Of a stretch of 64,000 bases of DNA, positions 10,820 to 19,960 are shown piece after piece. Position numbers and translations under genes: made by a program. The notes beneath the pieces are model-generated. The model searched no databases. It was not told the DNA's origin and worked only from the letters and a program-made list of their open reading frames with translations. Every line of letters begins with the position of its first letter. Position 1 is the stretch's first letter. The stretch lies in the NCBI GenBank assembly GCA_963931055.1, contig OZ006987.1, positions 1,003,652 through 1,067,651 of the forward strand. The letters run 5' to 3'. This DNA is from an uncultured Bacteroidales bacterium. GTDB taxonomy: Bacteria > Bacteroidota > Bacteroidia > Bacteroidales > UBA932.

Positions 10820-12166
10820 ATGAAACGTATTGTAAAAAGTATTTTAGCGGCAACACTGCTGGCAGCAGCCGCCTCTTCTGCCTCGGCGCAGGAGAACTAC
10901 CGGCCTTCGCCCGAGATTGTGGCGTCGCAGGAGCAGTTCCGTGAGAACCGTTTCGGAATTTTCATCCACTGGGGTATTTACTCCATGTACGGCCAGGGCG
11001 AGTGGGCCTTGAACTACAACGGACTGACCCACGAGGAGTACAGCAAGATGGCCGGGGGCTTCTATCCCGCCGATTTCGACGCAGCCGAATGGGTGAGTGC
11101 CATCAAAGCCTCCGGAGCCAGGTACATCTGCATCACTACCCGTCACCACGACGGCTTCTCGATGTTCGACAGCAAATGCACTGACTATGACATCGTAGAC
11201 GCGACCCCGTTCAAGCGCGACATCATCGCCGAGCTGGCCGAGGAGTGCGAGCGTCAGGGAATAGCCCTGCATCTGTATTATTCGCTCATCGACTGGGGAC
11301 GCAATGACGCGCCGCGCGGACGCACCGGACAGGAGACGGGCCGTCCAGAGGCCACCGACCCGGACACCTATTTCGACTTCATGAAATGCCAGCTGACAGA
11401 GCTGCTGACCCGTTACGGGGATGTGGGCTGCATCTGGTTCGACGGCAACTGGGACCACGAGGACGGCGAGCAGCCCTACGACTTCCGCTATGACGAGCTG
11501 TATCCGCTTATTCACGGACTGCAACCCTCCTGCCTGATCGGCAACAACCACCATATCACGCCTTATCCCGGAGAGGACATCCAGATCTTCGAGCGGGACA
11601 TCCCCGGGGAGAATACCGCCGGCTGGCATAGCGGCGGAGTCAGCACGACGCTTCCGCTGGAGACCTGCCAGACCATGAACGGCTCCTGGGGTTACCGGAT
11701 GCGGGACCAGGACTATAAGAGTACGGATGAACTTATCCGTTATCTTGTGTCCACAGCCGGACGCGACGCCAACCTGCTGCTCAACGTGGGACCTCAGCCG
11801 GACGGCAATATTCCCGCAGCGGCCCTTGAGCGCCTGGCCGCGATGGGCGAGTGGCTCGCAGTCAACGGCGAGACCATCTACGGTACCCGCAGCACCCTCG
11901 TGAAACCCCAGCCATGGGGCGTGACCACCAATAAGGACGACCGGATGTGGTTGCACGTCTTCCCCGCCGACGCCTTCAAGACCGCCTCTGACGGACAGAT
12001 CTACGTGCCCTACAAGGCCGGACGCAAAGTGGCCTCAGTCACTCCTTTCGGCTCGCCTGACGTGAAGCTCAGCTTCAAGCAGTACAAGGAAGGCCTCTTC
12101 GTGACCCTACCCTCCGACATGCCTGCCGACGTACCGGACTATATCGTCGAAGTGACCTTCAGATAG
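10820..12166 (+). CDS. alpha-L-fucosidase, glycoside hydrolase family 29
   Basis: Signal peptide, then FGIFIHWGIYS, TRHHDGFSMFDS and CIWFDGNW, the characteristic GH29 blocks. Confidence 0.85.
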   Translation: MKRIVKSILAATLLAAAASSASAQENYRPSPEIVASQEQFRENRFGIFIHWGIYSMYGQGEWALNYNGLTHEEYSKMAGGFYPADFDAAEWVSAIKASGARYICITTRHHDGFSMFDSKCTDYDIVDATPFKRDIIAELAEECERQGIALHLYYSLIDWGRNDAPRGRTGQETGRPEATDPDTYFDFMKCQLTELLTRYGDVGCIWFDGNWDHEDGEQPYDFRYDELYPLIHGLQPSCLIGNNHHITPYPGEDIQIFERDIPGENTAGWHSGGVSTTLPLETCQTMNGSWGYRMRDQDYKSTDELIRYLVSTAGRDANLLLNVGPQPDGNIPAAALERLAAMGEWLAVNGETIYGTRSTLVKPQPWGVTTNKDDRMWLHVFPADAFKTASDGQIYVPYKAGRKVASVTPFGSPDVKLSFKQYKEGLFVTLPSDMPADVPDYIVEVTFR

Positions 12167-12340
12167 TTGTCAGTTGCGCCCTGCTCTGTAGTAATCAAGT
12201 ATCCGCGCAGACATACTTGCCAAGTGGCGCAATATCTTGACCATTATTGATTCAACCATTTACATTCTGCAACAAAAGTCTTTTTTAGATTTTTCCGTTT
12301 GTTTTATTAAAAAGTTGTTGCATCATATAGGTTTTATTAT

Positions 12341-12348
12341 TAACTTTG
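12341..12348 (+). promoter_or_regulatory. candidate -7 promoter box (TAACTTTG) for the pilus-like operon
   Basis: TAnnTTTG match 27 nt upstream of the ATG at 12375. Confidence 0.3.
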
Positions 12349-12488
12349 GACGTAAATACTAAACTTAACTGCTTATGAGCAAAAGAAAACTATTTTTATT
12401 TTTAATATTTGCGTCTGTATTCACTTCCTGCGCTTTTTACACATACGGCCAGAACTCCCCCTGCGATTCAATTACCGTTTATTTTGAC

Positions 12489-14080
12489 CCTTAATTCCGC
12501 AACACTATAGTTTAACATTATTTATAAGTGCCTGAGCAACAAAAAGTTGCCCAGGATTTTGCCATGTCAGAATTTTCACTTACCTTAGTGTTGCGAAAAG
12601 AAGACAAGCAAAACTCTAATATGACATGGCAAAGATACAAATAAAATCTGAGAAACTCACTCCTTTTGGAGGAATTTTTTCTATTATGGAGCAATTTGAT
12701 GCTCTTTTAGCTCAAACCATAGATTCCACCTTGGGATTGAGATGCACTATGTTTGGTTATCAATATAGCGAAATTCTACGCTCTCTGATGTGCGTATATC
12801 TTTGTGGCGGCTCATGTATTGAGGATGTTACAACTCACTTGATGAAACATTTGTCTCTTCATCCAACTCTTCGCACTTGCAGCGCAGACACCATATTGCG
12901 TGCTATCGAAGAACTGACTTGTAAGAACATCACCTATAAATCTGCTTCTGGCAACTCCTATGATTTCAATACTGCAGACAAGATGAACTGCTTATTGATC
13001 AAAGCCCTGCTTGCTACTGGTCAATTGAAATCCGGTCAAGAGTATGATTTTGACTTTGACCATCAGTTCATTGAAACAGAGAAGCATGATGCAAAACCAA
13101 CCTACAAGAAGTTCCTGGGCTATAGTCCAGGTGTGGCAGTCATTAACGACATGATTGTCGGTATTGAAAATAGAGACGGCAACACAAACGTGCGCTTCAA
13201 CCAAAGAGAGACTTTGGAAAGAATCTTCAAGCGACTGGAGGCATCAGAAGTATATATATCCCGTGCCCGCATGGATTGCGGCTCATGCTCGGAGGAAATC
13301 GTAGATATGGTAGAGGCTCATTGCAGGCATTTTTATATTCGTGCCAACAGATGCTCTTCCTTCTACGATTCCATGTTTGCCTTGACTGGATGGAAAACTG
13401 TTGAAATCAACGGTATTGAATTTGAGCTGAATTCCATCCTTGTTGAGAAATGGAAAGGAAAACCGTATCGTCTTGTCATACAGAGACAAAGGCGAATAGA
13501 TGGAGACCTTGACATTTGGGAAGGCGAATATACCTACAGATGTATACTGACTAACGATTACAAGTCGAGTGCAAGAGACATCGTGGAATTCTACAATCTT
13601 CGTGGTGGCAAGGAACGCATCTTCGATGACATGAACAATGGCTTTGGCTGGAATCGATTGCCAAAATCGTTCATGGCACAGAATACTGTATTCCTGCTTA
13701 TGACAGCTCTCATCAGAAACTTCTACAAAGCTATTATGCAGAGATTGAAAACCCATGAATTTGGATTGCGTGCCACCAGCAGAATCAAGACCTTTGTTTT
13801 CAAGTTCATCTCTGTTCCTGCGAAATGGATTAAGACATCACGTAGGCATGTATTGAATATTTACTCAGACAACAATGCTTATGCCAACCTGTTCAAGACA
13901 GACTTTGGTTAAAGACCATGCTTTTCTGGTTAAACCAGCGTATTACCTCAAGTCGCTTTATGGGGTAAGGGGATTTTGTGTCTGCGACATTTCTGTTGTG
14001 CAAGAAATATGTACAATAAAATGAATTTTGTCGCTTTGCAAGCAAAATCCCACTAAACCCTATAGGTTGCGGATTTGAGG
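12489..14080 (+). mobile_element. IS1380-family insertion sequence (about 1.59 kb) with imperfect terminal inverted repeats and a 5 bp target-site duplication
   Basis: IRL is CCTTAATTCCGCAACACTATAG (12489-12510). The reverse complement of the right end (14058-14080) is CCTCAAATCCGCAACCTATAGGG. TTGAC is duplicated at 12484-12488 and 14081-14085. A single transposase ORF lies inside. Confidence 0.85.
12626..13912 (+). CDS. IS1380-family DDE transposase
   Basis: The N-terminus MAKIQIKSEKLTPFGGIFSIMEQF is typical of IS1380-family transposases. The Y-x2-R-x3-E block YNLRGGKERIFDDMNNGFGWNRLP is typical of IS4/IS1380-type DDE enzymes. Confidence 0.85.
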   Translation: MAKIQIKSEKLTPFGGIFSIMEQFDALLAQTIDSTLGLRCTMFGYQYSEILRSLMCVYLCGGSCIEDVTTHLMKHLSLHPTLRTCSADTILRAIEELTCKNITYKSASGNSYDFNTADKMNCLLIKALLATGQLKSGQEYDFDFDHQFIETEKHDAKPTYKKFLGYSPGVAVINDMIVGIENRDGNTNVRFNQRETLERIFKRLEASEVYISRARMDCGSCSEEIVDMVEAHCRHFYIRANRCSSFYDSMFALTGWKTVEINGIEFELNSILVEKWKGKPYRLVIQRQRRIDGDLDIWEGEYTYRCILTNDYKSSARDIVEFYNLRGGKERIFDDMNNGFGWNRLPKSFMAQNTVFLLMTALIRNFYKAIMQRLKTHEFGLRATSRIKTFVFKFISVPAKWIKTSRRHVLNIYSDNNAYANLFKTDFG

Positions 14081-15276
14081 TTGACCTGAATTCTGTAGAA
14101 ATTCAAAAAAACACTATTTCTTCCAATGAATTAATGCAATTCATTGAATCAGTTAAAAACGCCTATAATGACGGCAGACTACAGCATGTCTGTATTTATG
14201 GATCTTCCTGCCTTATGGGCAATAGCGTCATCTGCGAAGCTTCAGCACTCAGACGTGCGGAAAGCCTGCGTAATTACATCATTCAAAACGCAGACATCCC
14301 GGACGGACTGGTAACAATAACGGATGCAGGCATAGACTGGAACCTGCTTGCGACGCTTGTGAGCAGTGATTCCAGGACTCCGAAAAGGGATATCGTTGTC
14401 AAAACCATAAAGGAGATACCCGTGTGGATTTTTGATTCCAATAACCATGTGGTTGACGGAAGAAAAAAACAGTTAATGGAGATATACTACGGCCGGTCCT
14501 TCGCATATATGCGGGAGCATTTTTTCTCTGACATGAGATATGCATCCGCCCGTCTTTACTGCGGTGTAAAAGACAATGAAGCACCTGTAGCCGAAGCAGA
14601 AACTATGACTGAAAATTCCGGAGTTTCCAAAGCCGACACGGCTCATATGGAACGTATTGCCGTTGAAGACACCGGCACGTATGCGGTTACGGATACAACG
14701 GAGGCAGAAGAAACCGATACGGCATATTCCGGACCGGTGACTATCCCGGCACATGCAAAGAAAGAGATGACCTGGGAGGGTTCTAATGTATGGCTGAAAA
14801 CCGATATTCCATACTGGGCTCTCCTGGTGGCGAACCTAGGCGTGGAGGTCAGGCTTTCCGATCACTGGTCTCTGGACATCCCGGTAATGTACAGTCCATA
14901 TACAGTGTCTCCATCATTCAGGTTCAGAATATTCGCTGTACAGCCATCGGCTAGATACTGGCTGAGAGCGGACATGACAGGCCACTTCTTCGGCATACAC
15001 GCCATGGGAGGTATGTTCAATCTGTCTGTAAATGACAGCAGGCGCTTTCAGGATATAAACGGTGCATGGGGAGGTGGAATTGACTACGGCTATACCCTCA
15101 GATTCTCAAAACACTGGGGGATGGAATTCAACATTGGCGTCGGATATCTATGGAGTAAATATGAGACATTCTACAATATAGAAAACGGCGCGTCCTACAA
15201 CAGGACTACGCTCAATTATTTCGGCATAACCCGTCTTGGGATATCCCTGATATATAAGCTATAGGAGGGCCCGACT

Positions 15277-16299
15277 ATGATAACAATCAATAAAACAATC
15301 ATTTCCGACATTGCCTTATATGCCGTTCTATCTGCTGCAGTCACTTTATCAGCTACGGCTTGCATTAAAGAGTATCCTGATGAGGAGCAGGCAGTAGACC
15401 CCACAGAGATAGAACTGACTGTCAATCTCAGTACCGACCCTTCGGTAACAGCGGCATCTGCCGTATCCAAAAGTGAGACATCTACAGGCTATGCTTATTT
15501 TGTCATTGAACTTTATAAGGATGAATTCGGAGGAGACAGCGTTTTCCGCAAAGAGCTCTGCGCTCCAGTGGATGACAACGGGAGCGCATCCATTACTTTC
15601 ACTGAAAAGATGCACGCCGGCTCGTACCGCCTTGCGGCTTTTGCCGCACGCACGGAAAATGAGGATGGAAGCGGATGTGCCTATGACATTTCTGATCTCA
15701 GTAATATCGTATTCCCGGAGAATGGAAATGCAGGCTCCAGCCCCATGAAAGAGTGCTATGACATCCGCATGGACATAGATCTGCCGCATAACCGGTGGTT
15801 CGGCACGGACAGTGTGAGCGGCGTACTTACTTCCCCTGTTGGCAGAGTTGAGGTGATATCCGAAGACGCTCCCGAATTCATCGATGACAATGACCTAAAA
15901 GCCAAAGCCGCTGAAGACGATTTCTGGCAGAACTACGAGGTCCGCTGGGATTACGCGATGTACTTCCCTACCGGATACAACGCCATCACCGGCCTGCCCA
16001 ACAAAGCTGAGACAGATATCGGATTCGTCTCCGACTTAACCCCTCTTGAAGACAACGAGGTGCTGATGGGCTACGACTACGTGTTCGTCAACGGCGACAA
16101 CACCGAAGTATCCATCACCCTCAGTGTCTACGACCGTACCACAGGCGAATGCCTGAACACCTACTCCGGCCTGAATGCCGGAATATACAAGGGACAGACC
16201 ACCGTCATCCGGGGCAAATACCTCACCACCGAAAAGAAACCGGGTGTGAATATTGATACAGACTTTGACGGCGATATCAACATAGACCTGAACCTATAA
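15277..16299 (+). CDS. lipoprotein, candidate FimB/Mfa2-like fimbrial anchor/accessory subunit
   Basis: Lipoprotein-type signal (AAVTLSATAC), about 340 aa, and position directly after the DUF3575 gene and before a fimbrillin-like gene. The call rests mainly on operon context. Confidence 0.35.
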   Translation: MITINKTIISDIALYAVLSAAVTLSATACIKEYPDEEQAVDPTEIELTVNLSTDPSVTAASAVSKSETSTGYAYFVIELYKDEFGGDSVFRKELCAPVDDNGSASITFTEKMHAGSYRLAAFAARTENEDGSGCAYDISDLSNIVFPENGNAGSSPMKECYDIRMDIDLPHNRWFGTDSVSGVLTSPVGRVEVISEDAPEFIDDNDLKAKAAEDDFWQNYEVRWDYAMYFPTGYNAITGLPNKAETDIGFVSDLTPLEDNEVLMGYDYVFVNGDNTEVSITLSVYDRTTGECLNTYSGLNAGIYKGQTTVIRGKYLTTEKKPGVNIDTDFDGDINIDLNL

Positions 16300-16349
16300 A
16301 TAATAAACAGGAAATGAACATCAACATTTTAACTAAATTTCAGACTTTT

Positions 16350-18626
16350 ATGAGAAAACAGATTCTTTCCGGTCTGCTCATGACAGCAGCCTTGGCATTC
16401 TCTCTTTCTTCTTGCCAGAGAGAAGAAGTACTCAACGGAGGAACCTCACAGGAGGTATCCATCTCCGTGCTCGTTCCTGACAACCGGCTCGTAAAGAGCA
16501 ATGCAGACCCCGGCAACGCAAGTGAGGTCAACCGCTGTATCCTTGAAATCTATGACAGCGAAGGTCAGATAGTCGGTTCACGCCAGACTGTGGCCGTAAC
16601 CGACAATTCGGCTGATTTTACTGCCACACTTACAATCGGAAACAGCTACAGATTCGTATTCTGGGCCGACCACGTAGCGGATGCCGCTGATTTGACAGCA
16701 GATCTCAACTACAGCACAACCGATCTCAGGGCCATCACCTATGCCGGGAACGCTTTTACAAACAACAACGACCAGCTGGATGCATTCTTCCTCAGCGAGA
16801 CCAAAGCCGTAGAGGCAGCGATGTCATTCACTCTAAAGCGTCCATTCGGACAGGTCCGAATAATCTCTACCTCCGGTATTGATACAGACCTGAGCAACGC
16901 CTCTGTAAAAGTCAGTTTTGACAACGCGCCGACAATCTTCAATGCGATTGACGGCACGATTGGCAGTGAGACAGCATCCCTTTCACCTGCCGGATTCACA
17001 GATTTCGCAAACGTTACCGCCACTGTTCAGGGAGAAAGGCAACTTACATTTGACTACATCTTCGCCGCTCCTGAAGACCAGACACTTGTCGGTATCACAT
17101 TGGAGACAGAAGGTATTGCCGGACTTGATCCCATTTCCGTAGCCAACGTTCCCGTTCAGCGCAACTACCGCACCAACATCAGGGGCAACATCCTTCCGGA
17201 TCAGACAGGAACGGAAGTCAATATAGAGGTCTCCATACAACCCGGCTTTGACGGTGACGACATCAACGTCGGGGACGCACCGTATGATCCGGGAGACATA
17301 GAGCCGACACCCGTAGATGTCAATAATGCAGCACTGAACTATTACGGAACCTTAAACGGAACCAGCAATTACTATTACAACCTTATAGTCAGCAACCAAG
17401 ATGCTTCCGGATGGACTACTGACAGATTCGGCCTCGGTATCTACTCCTCTGTTGAGAATCACGGAAGCATACCTGCCGGAACTTACAGATTCAGTAGTGA
17501 AACTGATGTCGAGAATACTTTCTGCCTTACAGAATGCATGATAAACAACGTAACCGTTACTGAGAGCATTACAGACGGAGTACTCACCATAGACAATTCC
17601 GGCAATCTTACCGTATCCCTTGATATCATCTCCGACGAAGCGAGATACACGCTGACATACACGGGCGAAGCCGACTTCATGGACTACACTGCTCCAAATC
17701 CGGATTTTCCTGAATCAGCGACAATGACATCCCCGGTGATAAAAATCGGCTCCTACAGTCAGTATGAGATTGTCGTAGGCAACCTATATCACTTTACTCT
17801 GGAAATCAACGATACTGACGGCACAGGATACAATGCATCCCTCGATCTGTACGCCGGCCTGGACTTTGACAACGGAACGATAAGTTTCAGCGATGACGAA
17901 TTTTCATTCTCTGACGGAGAAGGTGATAATACAGCCGGTACCATAAGGCTTGGTGAGTGGAACTCATACATTAAGAACGGCAACGGTGCCCAGACAGACA
18001 TCAAGGGGGGAACATTGTCCGTAAGCGGAGGCACTGTTTCCGGAGCCCTCCTCTTACAAGGCAATGTAGAAATCTCATTCAGCACCGACAACGGGCTTGA
18101 CCTAAACGGACAGTCTGTTCCTATGCCGGGTTCAAATGTCACCGGCGATGTGAATCTGACTTATGACGGTGACGTAAACGCCTATGCCTATTTACATCAG
18201 GACTGCTGGCATATTACAATAGCACCTGTATACCAGAATCAGGGACCTGCTCTCTCTCTGGATTTATTGCACGGCGGCAACGGCTCGCTGGAAGACATCA
18301 GCGGAACTTACACATGCGCCGCAACAGGTGAGGCCAATACTTTCTATCCCGGCTGTATGTACCCTGAATCCTACCCCACAATATACGGCGTAGCTTATTA
18401 CAATTGTGTCAGCGCGTCATTCCAAGGAGATTATGCCACTATCAGTGAAGGAAGCGTCACAATCACACAGACAAACAGAGAAGAGATAGACCAGTGGACA
18501 ATAAAAGCCACCTGCGATGTAGTACTTTCCGGTAATGATCCGAACGGCAATGCCATAAATATCACCTATTCCGGGATTACGGTAAACATCAACGACAATC
18601 AGGGAAGCAGCTACTACAACCTCTAA
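16350..18626 (+). CDS. large fimbrillin-like (type V pilin fold) lipoprotein with a long C-terminal extension
   Basis: Lipobox LAFSLSSC. The N-terminal region VSISVLVPDNRLVKSNADPGNASEVNRCILEIYDSEGQIVG...YRFVFWADH resembles FimA/Mfa1-type pilin N-terminal domains. About 450 further residues have no recognised motif. ATG at 16350 preferred. Confidence 0.45.
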   Translation: MRKQILSGLLMTAALAFSLSSCQREEVLNGGTSQEVSISVLVPDNRLVKSNADPGNASEVNRCILEIYDSEGQIVGSRQTVAVTDNSADFTATLTIGNSYRFVFWADHVADAADLTADLNYSTTDLRAITYAGNAFTNNNDQLDAFFLSETKAVEAAMSFTLKRPFGQVRIISTSGIDTDLSNASVKVSFDNAPTIFNAIDGTIGSETASLSPAGFTDFANVTATVQGERQLTFDYIFAAPEDQTLVGITLETEGIAGLDPISVANVPVQRNYRTNIRGNILPDQTGTEVNIEVSIQPGFDGDDINVGDAPYDPGDIEPTPVDVNNAALNYYGTLNGTSNYYYNLIVSNQDASGWTTDRFGLGIYSSVENHGSIPAGTYRFSSETDVENTFCLTECMINNVTVTESITDGVLTIDNSGNLTVSLDIISDEARYTLTYTGEADFMDYTAPNPDFPESATMTSPVIKIGSYSQYEIVVGNLYHFTLEINDTDGTGYNASLDLYAGLDFDNGTISFSDDEFSFSDGEGDNTAGTIRLGEWNSYIKNGNGAQTDIKGGTLSVSGGTVSGALLLQGNVEISFSTDNGLDLNGQSVPMPGSNVTGDVNLTYDGDVNAYAYLHQDCWHITIAPVYQNQGPALSLDLLHGGNGSLEDISGTYTCAATGEANTFYPGCMYPESYPTIYGVAYYNCVSASFQGDYATISEGSVTITQTNREEIDQWTIKATCDVVLSGNDPNGNAINITYSGITVNINDNQGSSYYNL

Positions 18627-18751
18627 GTCAGCCTGAGGAGATACCGCAACCCTGGAAAACTTACAAACGGCAGTATCTTTTATGACCCAAAAGAGGGTGA
18701 ATTCTAAGTTAAAACCAAATTTATTTTAACTTTTTTCGTTGTCTACGATTT

Positions 18752-18790
18752 AGAAGAGTGATTCGTTCAATGGAATCACTCTTCTTTTTT
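18752..18790 (+). terminator. rho-independent terminator after the pilus-like operon
   Basis: AGAAGAGTGATTC (18752-18764), loop GTTCAATG, GAATCACTCTTCT (18773-18785), then a T run to 18790. Confidence 0.8.
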
Positions 18791-18948
18791 ATATTAACTA
18801 GTCGCCATTGTCGGGAGCTTGGCTGCCGGACTCGGAGCCTTGCTCAACAGCGTCTTGTGATTACAGACAAGATACCCTGCATTTTTGGAGCATCGGTGCA
18901 GCACGGAATACAAATCCACAGAAAATCAACAAATTAAATTTCAAAGCT

Positions 18949-18984
18949 GCACATTTGACCACTTTTAAACCCGGTCAAATGTGC
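18949..18984 (+). repeat. orphan 12 bp-stem hairpin GCACATTTGACC-N12-GGTCAAATGTGC followed by GGTCCTTTTTG
   Basis: A perfect inverted repeat read directly. It lies in an ~800 bp stretch with no credible ORF. Confidence 0.6.
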
Positions 18985-19339
18985 GGTCCTTTTTGTAACT
19001 CACTGATAATCAAAAGTGCTTACACGCACACTGCACCCGAGTTTCAAAACCGGACATTCATCTAATGGCAATTCATATTTCCTTAATCCGGCTACAGCAG
19101 GAAGTCCTCGATGTTGTCAGTGGTGATGACATTGAGGATGCTGCCGGGGTCTGCTGTCAATTCGTTGAATGCCCTTGCTGATTTTGCCCGTTTTTTTATA
19201 TTTTTGCACCCGCTTTCAAACCGAATGCATAGTATGCGTATTCTTATTCAGACTTTCTTTATCGTCCGCTATGCGAACAAGATTCACGACTTCCATGCCT
19301 GGGGAGCCGCGGCTCTGATTTAGTTTTCTGAACATATTG

Positions 19340-19365
19340 CCGCACGGTCGTGTGCGGAGTTTTTT
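19340..19365 (+). terminator. orphan terminator-like hairpin CCGCAC-GGTCGT-GTGCGG plus T6
   Basis: A 6 bp GC-rich stem followed by AGTTTTTT. There is no intact upstream + strand gene. Confidence 0.4.
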
Positions 19366-19438
19366 GCCTTTCCGGTGCAATTCCGGGACGGGCGGTATTC
19401 TTATTTTTTCCCTGACTGAAAAATTAAAACGAATCGTT

Positions 19439-19960
19439 ATGAGTGTAAAATCTTTTATGCGCAAGTGTACGGTGACGGCAGCGGCAGTATCGTGCTTTGT
19501 TTTCCTGTGCACTGCACAACAGAATGGAGGCGGGAGGATGGTGATGAGTATCGGCGACATATTCGCCATTGCCGACAGTGCGAGCAGCATCCGGGTGTTC
19601 CAGACCGGAGTAAGTGCGGCGGAGGAGGCTCTGAGCGCTGCCAGGTCGCAGCGGTTGCCGGATATCAGCGTCTCGGCCTCGGTCAGCTATCTGGGCGACG
19701 GGATACTGTGGGACCGTAATTTCGGCAATCCTCAGAAAATCGGCATCCCGCATTTCGGGAACAATCTGGCTATTGAGGCGCAGCAGGTGATTTACGCCGG
19801 AGGTGCCGTCAGCAGCGGTATAGAGATCGCCCGTCTGGAGCATCAGAAAGCCGGTCTGGACTTGGAGCAGCACCGGCAGGATGTCCGGTTCATGTTGGTG
19901 GGCTACTATCTGGAACTGTACCGGCAGTACAATCTGCTGGAGGTTATGCGGAGACTGTGA
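19439..19960 (+). pseudogene. N-terminal ~170 codon remnant of a TolC-family outer-membrane efflux protein
   Basis: MSVKSFMRKCTVTAAAVSCFVFLCTAQQ signal, then a TolC-like first repeat (SAARSQRLPDISVSASVSYLGD...QQVIYAGGAVSSGIEIARLEHQ...). It stops after about 174 aa, whereas the intact TolC in this window has 458 aa. Confidence 0.7.

Larger units (their letters stand above)
12375..15264 (+). pseudogene. DUF3575-type outer-membrane beta-barrel protein gene interrupted by an IS (5' fragment 12375-12488, 3' fragment 14086-15264)
   Basis: The 5' fragment encodes MSKRKLFLFLIFASVFTSCAFYTYGQNSPCDSITVYFD, then runs into the IS end and stops. Removing 12489-14085 joins ...TVYFD to LNSVEIQKNTISSNELMQFIES... 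in frame with track ORF 14134..15264. The C-terminal block WLKTDIPYWALLVANLGVEVRLSDHWSLDIPVMYSPY...VQPSARYWL matches my recollection of DUF3575. Confidence 0.8.

Noticed and set aside
10844-11956. A 370 aa antisense ORF inside the GH29 fucosidase gene. Similar long mirror ORFs occur at 8..664, 8226..8867, 23779..24522, 29453..30214, 31388..32224, 33896..34894, 41436..42365, 42366..43358, 44414..44965, 47490..48086, 53213..54214, 57518..58330 and 58765..59388.
   Set aside because: Each lies opposite a gene with clear family motifs. Their translations are Arg/Gly/His/Leu-rich low-information sequence without motifs. Such shadows are expected in GC3-rich coding DNA.
12167-12374. I asked whether the region upstream of the pilus-like operon is an invertible promoter (7 bp inverted repeat TTGCGCC/GGCGCAA at about 12175 and 12228).
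   Set aside because: The inverted repeat is very short, no site-specific recombinase gene is nearby, and a plain TAnnTTTG box already explains promoter function.
19216-19590. A 124 aa minus-strand ORF, and the 19337 TTG-initiated extension of the TolC fragment.
   Set aside because: No motifs are present. They overlap the better-supported TolC-like signal peptide region and the orphan hairpins. The true TolC-fragment start is the ATG at 19439, preceding a signal peptide.
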